A DNA stretch of 64,000 bases. Origin: Octopus sinensis. Its lineage: Eukaryota. The notes under the pieces are model-generated. The model did not search any database and was not told the origin of the DNA. It saw nothing but the letters and a program-made list of their open reading frames with translations. This document shows positions 57,557 to 64,000 of this stretch, piece by piece; the stretch's first letter is position 1, and every line of letters starts with the position of its first letter. The stretch spans positions 207,018,001 through 207,082,000 of the forward strand of contig NC_042998.1 of NCBI RefSeq assembly GCF_006345805.1, given 5' to 3'. A program made the position numbers and the translations under genes.

Positions 57557-60500
57557 TATATTCTGTTTTATGATTAAACCAGCCAGATCAGACATCTTAC
57601 ACCTGTCCTGCAATATCATTTTAAAACTAAACTATCACATCATTGAAATTTCAGTGCCACGGTGTTAGCACACCAGGCAAAATAATTAGCCATATTTCGT
57701 TTGTCGTTACGTTCTGAGTTCAAATTCCGCCATGGTCAACTTTGCCTATCTTCCTTTAGGGGGTCGATTAAATAAGTATCAGTTACACACTGGGATCAAT
57801 ATAATTGACTTAAGCTGTTTGTCCTCTCTGTGTTTAACCCCTTGTGGTAGTAAAGAAAAAGGTATTTAGCCTGCCGCTACGTTCTGATTTCAAATTCTGC
57901 CGAGGTCGACTTTGCCTTTCATCCTTTTGAGGTTGATTAAATAAGTACCAGTTGAATACTGGGGTTGATATAATCGACTTAATTTGTTTGTCCTTTCTGT
58001 GTGTTGCCCCTTGTGGGCAGTAAAGAAATAAGAAATTTCAATCCCACAAGATAATCCTTGATTAATTCAAAACAATCATCATTGTCTAACGTCTGCTTTC
58101 CATCCTAGCATGGATTGGATGGACTGACATGGAGCTGCCCACACTCCAGTTGTCTGTTGTGGCATGGTTTCTATGGCTGGATGCCCTTCCTAATGCCAAC
58201 CACTGAGTGTGCTGGGTGCCTTTTAACGTGCCATCAGCAGGGGTGGGTTTACCCAGCACTGGCATGGGTGCTGTTTATGACACTGGCACCTGCAAAGAGC
58301 AAGCTTGTATGTATGGAACACAGCGATTTTACTTAGCTATCCGTGCTATGACTGGCATCCGTGCTAGTGGGGTGCAAAGAGCACCATACGAGTGTGATCA
58401 TTGACAGAGCGGCTAACCGGCTTCCGTGCCAGTGGCACATAAAAGTCACCATTCGAGTGTGATCGTTACCAGTGTCGCCTTACTGACACTTGAGCCCCGT
58501 GCTAGTAGGGTGCTAAGAGCACCATCCGAGCGTGATCGTTGCCAGAGCAGCCAACTGGCTTCCGTGCTGGTGACACGTAAAAGGCACCGTTCGAGCGTGA
58601 TCGTTACCGGCGTCGCCTTACTGGCACCTGTGCGGGTGGCATGTGTAAAAAGATTCGAGCAAGGTCGTTGCTGGTGGCATGTAAAAAGCACCCACTACAT
58701 TCTTGGAGTGGTTGGCGTTAGGAAGGGCATCCAGTTATAGCAACACTGCCAGATCAGATTGGGATCTGGTGCAGCCATCTGGTTCGCCAGCCCTCAGTCA
58801 AAATCGTCCAACCCATGCTAGCATGGAAAGCAGATGTTAAACGATGATGATGATCTTGTTGTTAACATAATGTTTCAGCTGATATACCCTCCAGCCTTCT
58901 TCAGGTGTCTTGGGGAAATTTCGAACCTGGCTTCTTATTCCTAAGGTATTTTTCGATATTATTATTATTATTATTATTATTCAGGTCACTACCTGGAATC
59001 AAACTCGGAATCTTGGGGTTAGTAGCCCGAGCTCTTAACAAGATGAGGACAAATATCCGTCAAATGTAAATAATGTACTTTGAGATAATGCATGATTAAT
59101 TCAAAACAATTTGAATAAATAAGCCTTCCATTTGACAGAGTTCTATGAACGCTTAAGCATCACAGGAGAGGGCAGTCTCAAGGTTACTCCAAGGTAGATT
59201 GGGTCAGTACAGTACTCCAGTGTATTCCTGACCATTTACTCTTCAGAAGTTGGTTGGTTTCATAATTCCTGAGATGGAACGAGCAAGCTCTCGTCTTTTC
59301 AAATTGTTCTCTCTTGTAAACAATAATTTGTTTTAAGGCCATCTCCCCCCCTCCTCCCCCATTAAAACAGGGAGTTCACCTTGCTGGCCCATCACGATCT
59401 AAAACTCATCATGGTCCCTTGTTTCGCTTTTTATGGCTGGATGGTCTTCTTCCGACAGTTGTTATTAAAAACACTAATAAATGGTGATGTTTATCTTTTC
59501 TCTTTTGTCTCACTCGTTACCCAGTGGCCATACTGGGGCAGCACCTTGAAGAATTTTAGTAGGTTTTTTGAAGCTTAGTACTTATTCTATCAGTCTCTTT
59601 TGCTGAACTGCTAAGTTACCGGGATGCAAACACACCAACACCCATTGTCAAGCAGCAGTGAGGAACAGACAGACACACACACACATCTATCTGTTTATAT
59701 ATGACGGGCTTCATTCTATTTCCATCTGTCAAATCCACTTGCAATGGTTCGGCTGGCCCGAAGCTGTAGTAAAAGATACTTGCCCAAGGTCTCTCACAGT
59801 GGGACTGAACTCGGAACCACGTGGTTGGGAAGCAAACTTCTTACCTCACAGCCACGCTTGTTTGTTTTCTCAAACTGATGAGATAAAATTGCAACAAGGT
59901 TTTCTTGCCCCCATTCCCCGACCCCCCCCCTCAAGACCAAAACAATTATTTCCTAAGAAATCAAATATCTGTGGTATGCTGGAATATTTTCTTCATCCAC
60001 ATCCTTCTCTTATCACAGAGAAAGAAAGAGCAGCTAATTGGGTGGGGTGGGGGGAAGAGAGAGGAGCTAATCTCAATACTGACATATAATCCAATCTTAC
60101 TTCATCTTCCACCCTTGCCCATCCCATCTAGTGATGTGTTCCTCCGTTTCCTTTCATGACTTGTCAGAAAAATATCTAATTATCCAGTTCCAGGTGTGTT
60201 GGAATTGTCTTATCAATTACACACCTGCCTCAGGTGAGTAAATATATAATGCATTTGTCATTGCTGTTTTGTATTACAAAAATGTTGCATGCCTGTGGGG
60301 GTGGGGGTATTACTTTTTGTGATTACCCAGTCTTAGCAGCAGAGTTTACACCCATTTGCAGGAAGCAAAGAAGGTAAGCATATTTAGACAGACTTAAAAT
60401 GGTTATTGTTCAGCCCTGGGTTGGTTCTGAGTGAGCCAAACCTATGATGAATCATTCCAATCATGACCATCCTTATGGGTTTTGTTCTACGCCTGTGGTT

Positions 60501-62429
60501 CTCAAGTTTTCTTTTTTGTTTTTGTTTTACCTAGGGACCCCTTTGAATACTATTTTATTCTGGTGGACCCCCAAAGCCATTCGTTGTTTAAAATAGATAC
60601 CTTTCGAAATTGTTATTTTGTTTCTTCCCACGTTCACCTACATGCTAGAAACGTGTTAAACTATTTCAAAAGTTAAAGAAATCTCGCTGTTTCTTGTGAT
60701 AAATAAAATAGTTACAGTTATTTAATGAAACCAGTCTAAATTCTTGATGATTTTAGAATATAATTGAAACTCATAAGGGTTTTGTGATAAAAAGTTTTGC
60801 TTTTGTTGTACAAAAGCAAAACTTTTTTCATGGACACAATACAACTGAGAATCCCCAGTTTTTTATCATGTTCACATGGACCACCAAACCCCACTCCAAA
60901 ACCTTATGTGAACCCCTAGGGGTCATCTAGACTCTGGTTGAGAACCACCATTCCAGACAGTGGAAATCCAATGTGTCTGTACCTTTTGATAGGGTGTGGA
61001 ATGATGGACATTTGGCTGTTGTTTATCATCATCGTTTAACGTCCGCTTTCCATGCTAGCATGGGTTGGACGATTTTTGACTGAGGGCTGGCGAACCAGAT
61101 GGCAGCACCAGGCTCCAATCTTGATCTGGCAGAGTTTCTACAGCTGGATGCCTTTCCTAACGCCAACCACTCCGAGAGTGTAGTGGGTGCTTTTACGTGC
61201 CACCAGCTTGGAGGCCAGTCAGGCGGTACTGGCAACGACCTCGCTTGAATCTTTTTATGCATGCCACCGGCACAATGCCAGTAAGTCGACGCTGGTAACG
61301 ATCACACTCGAATGGTGCCCTTTTACGTGCCACCGACACGGAGGCCAGATAGCCGCCCTGGCAACGATCACGCTTGAATGGTGCTCTTAGCACCCCACTA
61401 GCACAGGCACAGGTGCCAGTAAGGCGACACTGGTAACGATCACGCTCAAATCATTCCTTTTACATGCCACTGGCACGGAAGCTGGTTAGCTGCTCTGTCA
61501 AACGATCATTATTGTATACGTATGGGTGTGTCTCCTTGTCTTGACATTGTGTCACTCTTGTAGAAGCTGTGCCCTTTATTTCCAATCTTCTGTGAAAATA
61601 TGTCTGGTCATGGAGAAATATTACCTTGTTTGGAAACTGGAGAAGGTTGGTGACAGGAAGGGCATCCAGCTGTAGAAAATCTGCCTGGAAGTCTTGGACC
61701 ATTCCAGAGTTTTGCTTACACTGTTTTATCAGGTGAGTGGAAGGATCTTTTACTACTTAAGGCCACTGGACTGTGGCCATGCTGGAGCAACACTTTGAAG
61801 GGCTTTCAATGAGCTAAACAACCCCAGTATTGTTTTGTTTTACAGTCTGGTACTTATTCTATTGGTCTCTTTTGCTGAACTGCTAAGTTATGACGATGTA
61901 AACAAACCAACACAAGTTGTCAAGTAGTAAGACACACACACACGACTATAAGCCTTGTAACCAGTTGATCTAGTAAATGGGGCCTCATCTCATTGAGGGC
62001 TCATGCGCAATAATGCCATTGAGAGGGAGGCCCTGAAATGGTGCACATCCTCTCCTGATGACCCCAATTAACCTGATAGCATCCAGCATGTGGACCCTTC
62101 GGCTGGTAGTACTTGCATCTGCAAGTTATTTGCAAAAAATACATGCATGCACACACTCACACATGATGGGCTTCAACACAGTTTCCATCTAGTAAATTCA
62201 TTCTCAAGGCATTGACCATCTCAGGGTTACAGTAGAAGAGACACTTAAACCTTTCGTTATTATATTTCTAATTAAAACCCTTATGAGTTTCAATTAAATT
62301 CTGAAATCATCAAGAATTTAGACTGGTTTCATTAAACAACCGTAACTATTTTATTTATCGACTTCTTAATGTGATTTTTGGAACGCAATTGAAAAAAAGG
62401 TTCTTAATTCTGTTGCGTAACTTTTGCCT

Positions 62430-63080
62430 CAATGACACGAGTGACTGAGACCTTTGGAGATATGCTGTGCTTGAGAAGACCGACAGGCCAAGTGAGACCA
62501 TAACCCAGGGCCTATGCCAGTGCTGTATAACCAGCCCATTTAAGAATACCCTTCAATCATTGGGCAATAAACTTTGCTTGTGAAGACCTGTTGAGGCAAG
62601 TGAAATCAAAATCGCTGATGTGGCCAATGATGGTACCGCCTGATTGGCATTCGTGCCAGTGATATGTTAAAAGCATATCTGAGCGTGATCGTTACCTGGG
62701 CTGCTGACTGGCTCCCATGCAGGTGGCACGTAAAAAGCACCATTCGAGTGTGATCATCGTCAGTGTCACCTTACTGGCACACGTGCCGGTGGCACGTGAA
62801 AAACAACATTTGAGCATGGTTGTTGCCAGTGCAGGTGGCATGTAAAAAACACCTTTTGAGTGTGGTCATTGCTAGTATTACCTGACTGGCCCTCGTGCTG
62901 GTGGCACGTAAAAGCACCCACTACACTCTCGGACTGGTTGGCATTAGGAAGGGCATCCAGCTGCAGAAACTCTGCCAGATCAGATTGGAGCCTGCTGCAG
63001 CCTTCTGGCTCACCAGTCTTCAGTCAAACTGTCCGACCCATGCCAGCCTGGAAAGCGGACGTTAAATAACGATGATGATG
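62430..63080 (+). mobile_element. RTE LINE 3' fragment with internal GTGGCACGTAAAAAGCACC unit array and (GAT)n tail (representative of >15 copies)
   Basis: Same 3' sequence as 16420-17170. Other copies at approx. 2385-2750(+), 4388-4690(-), 15445-15850(+), 22285-22575(+), 23518-23800(-), 24970-25290(+), 30290-30650(+), 41700-42230(-), 46880-47440(+), 48960-49404(+), 58310-58855(+), 61025-61510(-), 63420-63928(+). Confidence 0.85.
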
Positions 63081-64000
63081 ACTCTAATTACAGGTAAATA
63101 CATTTCAACCACAAGCTATCTTTTTTTCTCGATTTGTTTACTTTCTGCATAATGGTTTGATTCTGTATGTGATCATTTCAGACAAGCTTACCTTTGCTTG
63201 ATTTCTCCATATCTTCCATTGAAAAGGCCTCAAATTCAGAATCACTGCTCGATAGCAGGAAACTGTTATCCATTTTAAAAGTTTAAAAAAAAAAAAATCA
63301 CCGAAGTAAAAAATGGGAAAAAAAAAAACCTTCCAAAAGTCTCAGAGCTCAGGTCTCACATCAATGTCAGATACTGTGACTCAACTGTTTACAAAGCGAA
63401 ATCAAGTGTTTTCACAAATGTACTCGGTGACTGGCATCCGTTGCTAGTGGAGTGCTAAGAGTACCAAAACTCGGTGACTGACATCCGTTGCTAGTGGAGC
63501 GCTAAGAGTACCATACAAGTGAGATTGTTGCCAGAGCAACAAGCTGGCCTTCGTGCCGATGGCACATTAAACACACCATTCGAGTGTGATCGTTACCTGC
63601 GTTGCCTTACTAGCACTTGTGCTGGTGGCACGTGGAACATTTGAGCGAGGTCGTCGCCAGTGCCGCTGGACTGGCTCCTGTGCAGGTGGCACATAAAAAG
63701 CACCATTTGGGCATGGCCATTGCCAGTACCACCAAAATGGCCCTTGTGCCGGTTGCACGTAACTCTCAGAGTGGTTGGCATTAGGAAGAGTATCAAGCTG
63801 TAGAAACTCCGCCAAATCATGATTGGAGCCTGGTGCAGCCATCTGGTTAGCCAGACCTCAGTCAAACCGTCCAATCTATGCTAGCATGTAAAGCGGACGT
63901 TAAATGATGATGATGCTGATGATGATGTACTAACGAGATTGGTGCTGAAATTCATATTTAAATATCAATGGGTTCCCTCGGCTGGGTTGGTAATGAAAGG

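Noticed and set aside
60698-62360. ~90-bp inverted pair about 1.5 kb apart
   Set aside because: Most simply two oppositely oriented fragments of a dispersed MITE-like repeat, outside the recognised gene.
62640-62920. CRISPR-like repeat-spacer pattern (GTGGCACGTAAAAAGCACC units), also at 2431-2580, 15488-15687 and elsewhere
   Set aside because: The spacers are homologous to each other and between loci, the array belongs to an RTE 3' UTR, the context is eukaryotic, and there are no cas genes.

Overview
Eukaryotic, AT-rich, repeat-dense genomic DNA. The SINE/LINE repertoire looks like Octopus (coleoid cephalopod); this is recognition, not a database result. One host gene is supported: a + strand TBC1D15/17-type Rab GTPase-activating protein. 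It has 13 coding exons between 7241 and 50008, all with GT-AG introns and continuous phase, giving 1761 nt = 586 aa + stop. The N-terminal exon(s) were not found and probably lie upstream of the window. Introns and the 3' flank are filled with tRNA-derived SINEs, 3' fragments of RTE and CR1 LINEs, Tc1/mariner (DD41D rosa-type), hAT and piggyBac-type MITEs, Helitron-like elements and microsatellites. Main observations: (1) four sequence-distinct minimal type I hammerhead-ribozyme motifs with palindromic helix III, three of them inside fold-back elements and one in a tRNA-headed element. (2) A 5S rRNA copy and a tRNA-Arg-derived copy, each joined at the same nucleotide to the same ~55-nt SINE/LINE tail. 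(3) A genomic Ser codon in place of the conserved Gly of the TBC GYxQG motif, which one A-to-I edit in a UAG context would restore. (4) A ~340-bp near-perfect inverted repeat in the last intron. No CRISPR array or prokaryotic feature is present; almost all ORF-track entries outside the exons and transposon fragments are repeat artefacts.
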